DNA from: a virus
Taxonomy: Duplodnaviria; Caudoviricetes
Length of the DNA stretch: 26,237 nt
Reading direction: 5' to 3' (one strand)
Virus record (IMG/VR): IMGVR_UViG_3300032290_001428
Location: 1-26,237 of that record
Numbering within the stretch: position 1 is the stretch's first letter; every line of letters begins with the position of its first letter. A program made the translations under genes and the position numbers. Under the pieces are notes generated by a model that saw only the letters and a program-made list of their open reading frames with translations, did no database searches and had not been told where the DNA came from. This document shows positions 9,181-16,907 of this stretch, one piece after another.

Positions 9181-10558
9181 AATTTTTAAAAGTGGATTCA
9201 GAGTGAGGTATAATTTTGATGGTAATACGACAACATCAGAAGGAACACCACAAGAGAAAAGAAGAGCAGTTGGATATGACGGGGATAAAGATACATTTAG
9301 TTGGAAAAGATTTATAACATTAGAAGACTCTTATAATCCATATCCAGGTCAATTAAATCCTTGGTGTTTAAAAACTTGGTATAAATGGGGATGTAGAAAT
9401 TTTCATTTTCACAATCCATTTGGAAAAGTTTCACAAGGAAATTCCCAAGAACTTGTATATGAAATAGATCAATTTTTAAATGCAAAAAATGGATTGACAA
9501 TCAATGGTGTTGTTCAGAATACACCAATGCCTTGGTTGGTAAATGATTTTGTTGATGTAATTAGAGCATTGACGACAGGCGAACAAGGAAATCTAGATCA
9601 ACAGACATGGAATTCTTGGACAACTGGATCTGATGCATGGTTTAATCCAAATGAACCAATAGATTTAATCGTATATGTTGGTGGTATGGCAGATCCTGGA
9701 ACAGATATTGCATATAAAACATATATTAATAGATGGAACAGTTTATTTGTGACAAGTGCGACAAATGCAGCAAAAAGACTAAGAGATTCAGTTAATCCAC
9801 TTATTGCTGCTAATTGTAAAATCGGATTTGATGCAATAGTTGCAAGTCCAGGAGCAATTGTTGGTCAGACAATACCGACAACAGTAATATCTTCTGCTTT
9901 ACAAAAAGGTTGGTGGACTTTCTTCAAATGGGTTGAAACTAAGATTGGAAAAAATAGAATCTATGTTGAATCTCATCCATTTAAGAAAAACAATATAGCA
10001 AATTCTTATCTTGGATATAATGTAATTGCTGACGATGATTGGTCTTATTCTAGTGTTGTTTTACCAGGACCAAATGGACCACATGATACAAGTGAGATGG
10101 GAAATGTTGAATTTTGGAGATCAATATGGCAAAATTCAGAAACATCAACACCGTTGATTTCAAGAATGAATGGTACAGAATTTATAAAGGAAAGATATTG
10201 GTTCTTAAATGATTCTGGTTATGTAAACAAAGTTAATAATGAAAAAAGACTTGCTCCAGCAACTTGTTGCAATTCTGGTCATAATTATTATTACAATACA
10301 CTTTATCCAGAGATAATAGCATATCATTTACTAGAAAAACAAAATACAAGATATGAAGATGATATAAGAAAAAATACTACTATTAGTGGTATTTTGGTTC
10401 CTCCAAATCTTCTGCAAGTTTTGCCACCAGCATACGCAGATGATCCAAATTGGAATAAGCAATTTGCAAATAGATTTAAGAATTCATCCGATTTCATCAG
10501 TTATCTAGAGTCAATAATTGAAAAGAAAAAAGACACAGAAAAATTGATATATAGTTAA
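9167..10558 (+). CDS. Hypothetical Trp/Asn-rich protein, possible glycoside hydrolase-like TIM barrel
   Basis: AAGGAG RBS before ATG 9167. Alternating alpha/beta pattern with strand-end acidic residues (IGFDA, IYVES); the function is speculative. Confidence 0.55.
   Translation: MVADKIFKSGFRVRYNFDGNTTTSEGTPQEKRRAVGYDGDKDTFSWKRFITLEDSYNPYPGQLNPWCLKTWYKWGCRNFHFHNPFGKVSQGNSQELVYEIDQFLNAKNGLTINGVVQNTPMPWLVNDFVDVIRALTTGEQGNLDQQTWNSWTTGSDAWFNPNEPIDLIVYVGGMADPGTDIAYKTYINRWNSLFVTSATNAAKRLRDSVNPLIAANCKIGFDAIVASPGAIVGQTIPTTVISSALQKGWWTFFKWVETKIGKNRIYVESHPFKKNNIANSYLGYNVIADDDWSYSSVVLPGPNGPHDTSEMGNVEFWRSIWQNSETSTPLISRMNGTEFIKERYWFLNDSGYVNKVNNEKRLAPATCCNSGHNYYYNTLYPEIIAYHLLEKQNTRYEDDIRKNTTISGILVPPNLLQVLPPAYADDPNWNKQFANRFKNSSDFISYLESIIEKKKDTEKLIYS
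10545..10558 (+). promoter_or_regulatory. Variant late promoter-like element TGATATATAGTTAA
   Basis: Identical to 6281-6294; followed by AAAGGA RBS and ATG 10575. Confidence 0.4.
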
Positions 10559-10574
10559 AACCAAAGGAATACAC

Positions 10575-11768
10575 ATGGACATACCTGATTTAGAAATACC
10601 AGATTTAGAGTTAGAGGACTACAAGGAACCAGATGCAGTAATCGAAGATGTTACTGATGAAAGTGGTGGTTCGCATGTTTTTGCATGGATTGGTTCGGGT
10701 CAGGGTGGTGGAAGAATCGCAAAAGCATTCTATGACCGTGGATATAAGAAATGCATAGCAGTAAATACATCAAAACAAGATTTATCTATTCTTGATATTC
10801 CAGACACCCAAAAACTTCTTTTAGACATCGGAGAAGAAGGTGCTGGAAAGGATATGGAAAGAGGAGCAAATGCAACAATCAAATATAAACAAGAGATCTT
10901 TGATCTCATGCGTAAAGTCTACGGTACAAAAGTGGATCATATTATGGTTTGTATTGGTGCTGGCGGTGGTAGCGGAAGTGGTTCCTCACTGGTTTTAATT
11001 GATATTGCTAAGAAATATATGAAATTTATTGGTCATGACAAACCAGAGGAGCGCGTAGGAGTCGTTATGTCTCTTCCAACCCGTGGAGAGGCAACTTCAC
11101 CCAAAGTCTCCTATAACGCTTATAGAGTCCTAAAACAAATAGGTGGTCAGGCAGAAAGAAAAGAAATATCTCCTCTTGTTATAATTGATAATGCTAGAAT
11201 TGAAAAAATGTACAGTAATTTGACAGTTAAAGAATTCTGGACAACAATTAATAGCACTGTATCTGGATTATTTCATATTTTTAATGTTTTATCAAAACAT
11301 CCTTCACAATATACATCATTCGATCCAACAGATTATGCCACTACATTCCGTTGTGGTGGTGTAATGGTAATGGGTGTGTCAAAATTAAATATTCATGAAA
11401 ATAAACCAGCACCAAAATCTGCAAATGAGACAGAAATATCAAAATCAATTAAAAGTAACATGGATAAAACTCTATTGACCGAGATTGATATTTCAAATGC
11501 CACATTCGCAGCATGTTGTGCTGTTGGTGGCAAAGCAATAATGGAAAATACTCCAGGATTGATGGATAATTTAAATTATGGATTTGATACTTTATCCTCA
11601 CTATGTCCAAATGCAACATTCCATAGAGGAATATACGAAGACGACAAACCAACTCTTCGTTTATATACTCTTGTTTCTGGATTAAAAATTCCAACAAAAC
11701 GATTAGATCAGTTTAAATTGAATTTTGCTGATAAAGTTTTTGATGAGAAACATCCGTTTGATTCATAA
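10575..11768 (+). CDS. Tubulin/FtsZ-family GTPase
   Basis: T1 IGSGQGGGRIA, AVNT..DL, T3 GAGKD...G, signature GAGGGSGSG (GGGTG[S/T]G variant), P..GE, IIDN, T7-like SFDPTDY, C-terminal domain ending LYTLVSGL. Confidence 0.9.
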   Translation: MDIPDLEIPDLELEDYKEPDAVIEDVTDESGGSHVFAWIGSGQGGGRIAKAFYDRGYKKCIAVNTSKQDLSILDIPDTQKLLLDIGEEGAGKDMERGANATIKYKQEIFDLMRKVYGTKVDHIMVCIGAGGGSGSGSSLVLIDIAKKYMKFIGHDKPEERVGVVMSLPTRGEATSPKVSYNAYRVLKQIGGQAERKEISPLVIIDNARIEKMYSNLTVKEFWTTINSTVSGLFHIFNVLSKHPSQYTSFDPTDYATTFRCGGVMVMGVSKLNIHENKPAPKSANETEISKSIKSNMDKTLLTEIDISNATFAACCAVGGKAIMENTPGLMDNLNYGFDTLSSLCPNATFHRGIYEDDKPTLRLYTLVSGLKIPTKRLDQFKLNFADKVFDEKHPFDS

Positions 11769-11772
11769 AACG

Positions 11773-11799
11773 AAAAAGGGGTCGTAAGACCCCTTTTTT
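11773..11799. terminator. Bidirectional intrinsic terminator
   Basis: AAAAAGGGGTC-gtaa-GACCCCTTTTTT between convergent genes. Confidence 0.9.
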
Positions 11800-11800
11800 A

Positions 11801-12811
11801 TTATTGTCTTTGATTTGGATTAGATGGTGGTGGATATGCTCTTTCTCTTCCACCAGGAACTGGTCTACCAAATTGTCCTTGCATTTGTTTTAGTCTGCTG
11901 ACTGCTTTATTGTATGCTTCTTCTGTTGCTGGCATGTTAGCACGCGCTTGTGCTCTAACTGCCTCTTCTCTCTCTGTTGCTGCAGCAACTTTTGCTCGAT
12001 TTGCTTCTGCTTCTGCTTCTGCTTCTGCTTCTGCTTTGTATCTTCCTTCTGGACTATTTGGATTTACATAGTTCAATGGTTGTCTTGGTTTTGGTTTACG
12101 CGCTTCTTCTGCTTCTCTTGCTCGTTGTTCATTTCTTGCGATATTTTCTTGTCGTAATGCTTCATATCTTCCCGAGCCAGCATCATCTATTGTCCCATTT
12201 GGATTTACAGATCTTCCACTCGCGCTATCTCCTCTATTTTGTGCTTCCATTGCTCTTGCCGCAGCAATATCATTTCCAGATGATTTTAATGCATCTGTTG
12301 TTTCTTGGGATGCTGTTTTGATAAAGGGTTCTACTTTTCCAACCATTGGAACATTAGTTTTTCCTGTGTTTGGATCATATTTTGCATTCTCAAAATCTGG
12401 TAATCTTGCATTTCCTTCTTGATCGAATAATTTATCTCTTGATGCTTTTGATGCAGCATCTGCCTCTTTTTGCGATGAATATCTATATCCAAATCTTCCT
12501 GCAGACCCATCTCCAGCATATTGTCCAACAACTTGCCCTATCGCATTTGCTCTTTGTACAAATTCTTCGTTACCAGATAATTTGTTTAAAGCAGCTGATC
12601 TTAGTGCATATTGGTCATTTTGATCAAAATTTGCTCCTTGTATTTTTCGCAAATTTGCCATTTCTTGTCTAACCATTACATTTAAAGCATCTGATTCTGC
12701 TTTTTGTTGATTTCTTTTTTCTGCGTCTGCTAACAACTTTTCTCTGTATCTTGAATCTTCAAAAACAGAAGTGAGAGCAGTTTTAAAACTATTCAATTGT
12801 TTTCTATCCAT
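11801..12811 (-). CDS. Hypothetical low-complexity late protein (candidate internal head protein)
   Basis: GGAG RBS and TATAAATA upstream; hydrophilic A/E/R/Q-rich sequence; N-terminus SFKTALTSVFE. Confidence 0.7.
   Translation of the reverse strand: MDRKQLNSFKTALTSVFEDSRYREKLLADAEKRNQQKAESDALNVMVRQEMANLRKIQGANFDQNDQYALRSAALNKLSGNEEFVQRANAIGQVVGQYAGDGSAGRFGYRYSSQKEADAASKASRDKLFDQEGNARLPDFENAKYDPNTGKTNVPMVGKVEPFIKTASQETTDALKSSGNDIAAARAMEAQNRGDSASGRSVNPNGTIDDAGSGRYEALRQENIARNEQRAREAEEARKPKPRQPLNYVNPNSPEGRYKAEAEAEAEAEANRAKVAAATEREEAVRAQARANMPATEEAYNKAVSRLKQMQGQFGRPVPGGRERAYPPPSNPNQRQ
12002..12036. repeat. Hexanucleotide repeat (TGCTTC)5.8 encoding AEAEAEAEAEA
   Basis: Directly visible tandem repeat, in frame on the minus strand. 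Confidence 0.9.
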
Positions 12812-12822
12812 TGGAATCTCCG

Positions 12823-12836
12823 TATAAATATTTATA
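12823..12836. promoter_or_regulatory. Palindromic overlapping divergent late promoters TATAAATATTTATA
   Basis: TATAAATA on + (12823-12830) and on - (12836-12829) inside a 28-bp gap between divergent genes. Confidence 0.75.
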
Positions 12837-12839
12837 ACT

Positions 12840-13394
12840 ATGAATATTGCAGCAATTGATTACTCTTTAAACGGACCAGCAATTTGTGTTTTTAACACTA
12901 AAAATAAATTTAATTTTGGTAATTGTTCTTTTTATTATCTAACAGATACAAAAAAGTATGCAACCACCTTCCATGGAAATATACATGGAGAATTGTTTGA
13001 TGATTACGATGGGGATTGTGAAAGATATGGATCGATTTCCGATTGGGTCATGAGAATTTGTATTGGATGCTCCAGAATTGGATTAGAAGGATATGCATAT
13101 AATGCCACTGGTAGAGTTTTTAATATTGCTGAAAATACTGGTGTATTAAAATATAAACTATATCAAGCATCCATTCCAGTTGATATTATTGAACCTACTG
13201 TAGTTAAAAAATTAGCAACAGGAAAAGGAAATGCAGATAAGCAGATGATGTTTGAATCATTCTTTCAAGAAACAAAAATGGATTTGCATACAATGATAAC
13301 TCCCAACAAAACAAATGTTGGGAGTCCAGTAACTGATATAGTTGATTCTTATTATATCTGTAAACAATTATTTCATGAAATTTTGGGATTGTAA
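12840..13394 (+). CDS. RuvC-like (RNase H fold) Holliday junction resolvase
   Basis: AIDYSLNGPA, LEGYAY, VKKLATGKGNADKQMM, DIVDSY supply the four acidic residues and the RuvC K-TG-G-A-K motif. Confidence 0.8.
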   Translation: MNIAAIDYSLNGPAICVFNTKNKFNFGNCSFYYLTDTKKYATTFHGNIHGELFDDYDGDCERYGSISDWVMRICIGCSRIGLEGYAYNATGRVFNIAENTGVLKYKLYQASIPVDIIEPTVVKKLATGKGNADKQMMFESFFQETKMDLHTMITPNKTNVGSPVTDIVDSYYICKQLFHEILGL

Positions 13395-14795
13395 AAACGA
13401 TTCAATAATTTTTCTTTTTACTATTTTATTCTTTCTAGTGTATCTTTTCTGTGCTGACACAGAAACTGCTACATCTTCTGGTCCACCTAATCCCGCAATA
13501 CCCCCAGCACCAACACTCATTTCTTCTTTGATGTCTTTTTCTACAGTATGATCGACAAAAGGAACATTTGGATGTGGTTGCTCTCTTTCCTTTGTGAATC
13601 CTCTTTCAACACCTCTTCTTCTATTTGTTCCACTGAATCCATTTATTCCTTCTTCAGTGAGTTTAGCAAGAGATACTTCTTTAATTGATCCATCTTCTTG
13701 TGGTATGCCAAATGCAGATACAAGACCTTCGTGTTTTTGACCGTGCGCTGGGACAATTCCCATCTTATGTGCGTGTTCGTTAAATTGATCTAGCATATGT
13801 TTCTTTGCTTGTGAAATATGATGCATATGATTAAGCAAAGCAGATAAATGTTCTCCATGAGTGTTCATGTGAGATTCTAGTTCAGATACTAGATTTCTTT
13901 TTGCTTTATCACTCATATTTCTTTGAGTTGATTTTTCCATATATCCATATGAAGTTCTTGCACCATGTATTGGTTGATGTAAATAAGTTTTCATTGAATC
14001 CAATGATCTTTCACCTGTGGTTGCAACAACTTCATTTGAATATTCTTGTAGGAATTTATGTATTTTTGGATTTGCAAATACACTTTTTGCGTATTCTTGA
14101 ACTTCTGGAGTCATTGCACTCATTGCTTGTTCTAAATGATGCTTGACTTTTTCATTTCTTTCTTGATTTAATCTTATAACCCCTGGTTTTATTTGCAGAT
14201 CTGGAACAAATACATTTTCATGTTTGAGTTGATTGATATCAGGAACATTTGTGGTTCTTGTCAGTTCATCATTTTCATTGATATGATATTGACTGTGGAC
14301 AGCAATTCCAATACCATGTTCTGTTGGTTTATATTTTACAGTATTTGGTTGAATGAATCCTTTGTCTTTTTCCCCATGATCTGCCCAGAGAAGATCACCT
14401 TGAAATGCATGTCCTGCTTGTATTGGCATTTGCATTGCATGTGCAAGAAGTTTCTTTCCATCCTCTGCCCAAGGAACACCAGCAGCATCAATTTCTTCTG
14501 GTGTGTGAAACATCTTTTTTCCACTTTTATATGTAATAAAATGTCTTCCATCTAGTTTTTTACCAATTACTAAACTAACTCCACCATCTGCTTTTACAGA
14601 CACTGTATGATTTGGTGTGCTCTCACCATTCATGAATTTATGCATTGCCTCTGCGTGCTTGTATGCAAGCATTGGATCACCATAAATTGACCAATCTGCC
14701 ATATGAGTCATATGTCCAGTTGTTTCTGCTTCTTTTTTGCTTTCTTTTGCTTCTTGTAGATTTACTTTATAAATCAAATGGGCAATTTCAATCAT
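13368..14795 (-). CDS. Conserved T4-like phage protein (DUF6267-like) with covalent nucleotidyltransferase/ligase-like motifs
   Basis: HMTH, VKADG (KxDG), FQGDLL, QPNTVKY, HEGLV, AKL. Confidence 0.6.
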   Translation of the reverse strand: MIEIAHLIYKVNLQEAKESKKEAETTGHMTHMADWSIYGDPMLAYKHAEAMHKFMNGESTPNHTVSVKADGGVSLVIGKKLDGRHFITYKSGKKMFHTPEEIDAAGVPWAEDGKKLLAHAMQMPIQAGHAFQGDLLWADHGEKDKGFIQPNTVKYKPTEHGIGIAVHSQYHINENDELTRTTNVPDINQLKHENVFVPDLQIKPGVIRLNQERNEKVKHHLEQAMSAMTPEVQEYAKSVFANPKIHKFLQEYSNEVVATTGERSLDSMKTYLHQPIHGARTSYGYMEKSTQRNMSDKAKRNLVSELESHMNTHGEHLSALLNHMHHISQAKKHMLDQFNEHAHKMGIVPAHGQKHEGLVSAFGIPQEDGSIKEVSLAKLTEEGINGFSGTNRRRGVERGFTKEREQPHPNVPFVDHTVEKDIKEEMSVGAGGIAGLGGPEDVAVSVSAQKRYTRKNKIVKRKIIESFLQSQNFMK

Positions 14796-15163
14796 TTTAA
14801 GTCTTTCAGTATTTTATCGATACGGTGATCTGTGTTGATAGTATTGACATCTATTTCTGGAACATATTTTGGTATATACTGTAAATATTCTAAAAATGAT
14901 TTCAAGTATGAGTGCAAATCTTTGTGTAATCTAAAGAATAGTATTCTAGTACATGCTTCAGCGCCAAATACATTTTGTAAAATTATAATATGATTTAATA
15001 TTAATCTTTCTTTTAGATCGTTATTTTTTTTATATTTGATAAGAAGTCTTTTAATATATTTTATTCGATTCATATCTTCATAAAAATCTTCAAGACCTGA
15101 AGATGTACCACTATACATCTTCATTGCATACAATATAAAATTGTCACGATCTAATCTCTGCAT
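14792..15163 (-). CDS. Conserved T4-like myovirus hypothetical protein
   Basis: NFILYAMK.Y, EDFYED..RIKYIKRL, LKERLILNHII...NVFG pattern recalled from cyanomyovirus-like genomes; ATGA overlap with the next gene. Confidence 0.75.
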   Translation of the reverse strand: MQRLDRDNFILYAMKMYSGTSSGLEDFYEDMNRIKYIKRLLIKYKKNNDLKERLILNHIIILQNVFGAEACTRILFFRLHKDLHSYLKSFLEYLQYIPKYVPEIDVNTINTDHRIDKILKDLK

Positions 15164-15166
15164 TTT

Positions 15167-15664
15167 TTATTTCTTGTTTTTTTCTTTCAGCATTTTTTTG
15201 ATATTTTTAATTCTCTTCTTTGATTTAGTTTTGCATTCATATGCTTCAAAGATTTCAGTATCTGCTGGTTCAAGTTTTCCTTCTAATTTATGACCATCTG
15301 ATGTTTTTAATACATTTATTGTAAGTTTATATTTTGGAAGATCTTGACCACGATCAAACCCGTTCATAAGATTTGTTGTTGGTGTTGCACCAAAAACATC
15401 TCCGTGCGAGACTTCGAATTCGTTTGTTGGATTTACTTCTTGTGTATTATTGAATGGAAAATCTAAATTTAAATGATTTAATTTTACTCTTAGATTTGCT
15501 ATTGTATTGTGTGGACTATAAAAACCCTTTGATAATTCATTATTAATAAATGCATTTATTCTAAACAAACCCTCAGAAGTCAAGGGATTCATTCTGTCCT
15601 TTCCTTGAACAGAGTCTGCATCGAATGGAGAAAATACGCTAGTGTATTCTGTTTGTCTTGGCAT
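15167..15664 (-). CDS. Hypothetical protein
   Basis: AAGGA RBS and GATAAATA upstream; basic tail after IFE. Confidence 0.75.
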   Translation of the reverse strand: MPRQTEYTSVFSPFDADSVQGKDRMNPLTSEGLFRINAFINNELSKGFYSPHNTIANLRVKLNHLNLDFPFNNTQEVNPTNEFEVSHGDVFGATPTTNLMNGFDRGQDLPKYKLTINVLKTSDGHKLEGKLEPADTEIFEAYECKTKSKKRIKNIKKMLKEKNKK

Positions 15665-15680
15665 GATTAATCCTTTTAAT

Positions 15681-15688
15681 TATTTATC
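15681..15688 (-). promoter_or_regulatory. Late promoter variant GATAAATA
   Basis: One mismatch to TATAAATA, 16 nt before ATG 15664 with an RBS between. Confidence 0.55.
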
Positions 15689-16907
15689 CCTTTACTCTTT
15701 TGTTTTTCTTGCTGCCTTTTCTTTTTAGCAATTCTATATATGTTGCTAATCTATATTTTGCATTTTTGGGAGTGTCGCCTTTTTTGACTACTCTGACTCC
15801 TGTTAATTTTTTAGCAATTTTATCTCTACTCTTTATTTCTTTATCAGTCATAGTGTCTTTGTTGCCACTATTGACAACTTCTTCTGCAATATTTTGTTTT
15901 GGTTTTGTTACAGGTTTTGGTTTTGGTTTTGGTTTACCTTTACCACATCCACAATCTTCAACTAGAAATTTTTCTTTTACTTTTTGTTGTATATTATTCA
16001 ATGTTGACTCCTGTGTTGGTACACAATTTGGTACTGATTTTCCATTTTTCTTTTTCATTCCTATTGCTTCATATCCCTTCCAACATGCAGTTTTAAGAGA
16101 TTTCTTCTTTGCTTCTATTAGTAAGTCTATTTTTGATTCATATGATTCATTTGTGTCGCATCTGCAACCCCATACACGAAGTGCAGCATTTATCTTTGAC
16201 TTTGGATCATTTGCAGTCTTTGAACTAGTTCTTCTTCGTTTCATTCCACACATACGAGCACAGAATGATTTTCTACGCTTTTGTGTTTTCTTTGATAATT
16301 TATCGAATCCACCTTTGCGTTTTGCTTCATCTTTAGTTTCAATACCAGCATGAATGCCTTGTCTGCGTGCTTCTGCGCGAGATAATCCACCTTCTGGGTG
16401 GTTCTTGCCTTTCTTGAATCCTTTGTATGGTTTTTTACTTTTCTTTGCTTCGGTTATTAGTTGTTGTAGTGGTTCAAATATTTCTCTTAGTCCTTTAAAA
16501 TCCATAAGTCTTCTTAGCATTTCTGTGTGTTCTCGTTTTAGGTTTGGGTATGACGATACTTGAAGTCCATATACATTTTTTATTGCAGTTTCTTCTTTTT
16601 TGCCATGAGAAGCACCCATTGCAAGAGGAGTGGTGATTAATTCTTTTCCACTTCCTCCTATGCCATGTACTTTATATCCAATTTTTCCTCTTTTATCGCC
16701 TCTTGCTGCAACTACTAGATGTATATTTCTGGCAGATCCTTCGTATTGATCACGAATGCTGTCAATGTATGTTAAAGCACCATGAACTCTATCGTGATGG
16801 TCCATAGATGAAATATCACCAGATTGTATTGTTCTTAGTAGTCTTGTTCTATATTCTGCTGGATTTTCTCCACGCATAATAGCATCGTCTTCGTTTATAT
16901 TAACCAT
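15684..16907 (-). CDS. Basic modular protein (DUF6321-like module plus CWKGY...VPNCVP module); candidate processed head polyprotein
   Basis: Start reassigned to ATG 16907, which overlaps the last codons of the upstream gene. KNHPEGGL...RRKSFCARM...KINAALRVWGC; ACWKGYEAIGMKKKNGKSVPNCVP; modules bounded by ITE, LIE, LVE, IAE. Confidence 0.7.
   Translation of the reverse strand: MVNINEDDAIMRGENPAEYRTRLLRTIQSGDISSMDHHDRVHGALTYIDSIRDQYEGSARNIHLVVAARGDKRGKIGYKVHGIGGSGKELITTPLAMGASHGKKEETAIKNVYGLQVSSYPNLKREHTEMLRRLMDFKGLREIFEPLQQLITEAKKSKKPYKGFKKGKNHPEGGLSRAEARRQGIHAGIETKDEAKRKGGFDKLSKKTQKRRKSFCARMCGMKRRRTSSKTANDPKSKINAALRVWGCRCDTNESYESKIDLLIEAKKKSLKTACWKGYEAIGMKKKNGKSVPNCVPTQESTLNNIQQKVKEKFLVEDCGCGKGKPKPKPKPVTKPKQNIAEEVVNSGNKDTMTDKEIKSRDKIAKKLTGVRVVKKGDTPKNAKYRLATYIELLKRKGSKKNKRVKG

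Noticed and set aside
11948-12321. Plus-strand poly-Leu and Cys-Phe ORFs
   Set aside because: Antisense shadows of the GCAGAA repeat in the 336-aa minus-strand gene; no RBS.
15700-16563. Plus-strand 217-aa and 69-aa Phe-rich ORFs
   Set aside because: Antisense shadows of the Lys-rich minus-strand gene.
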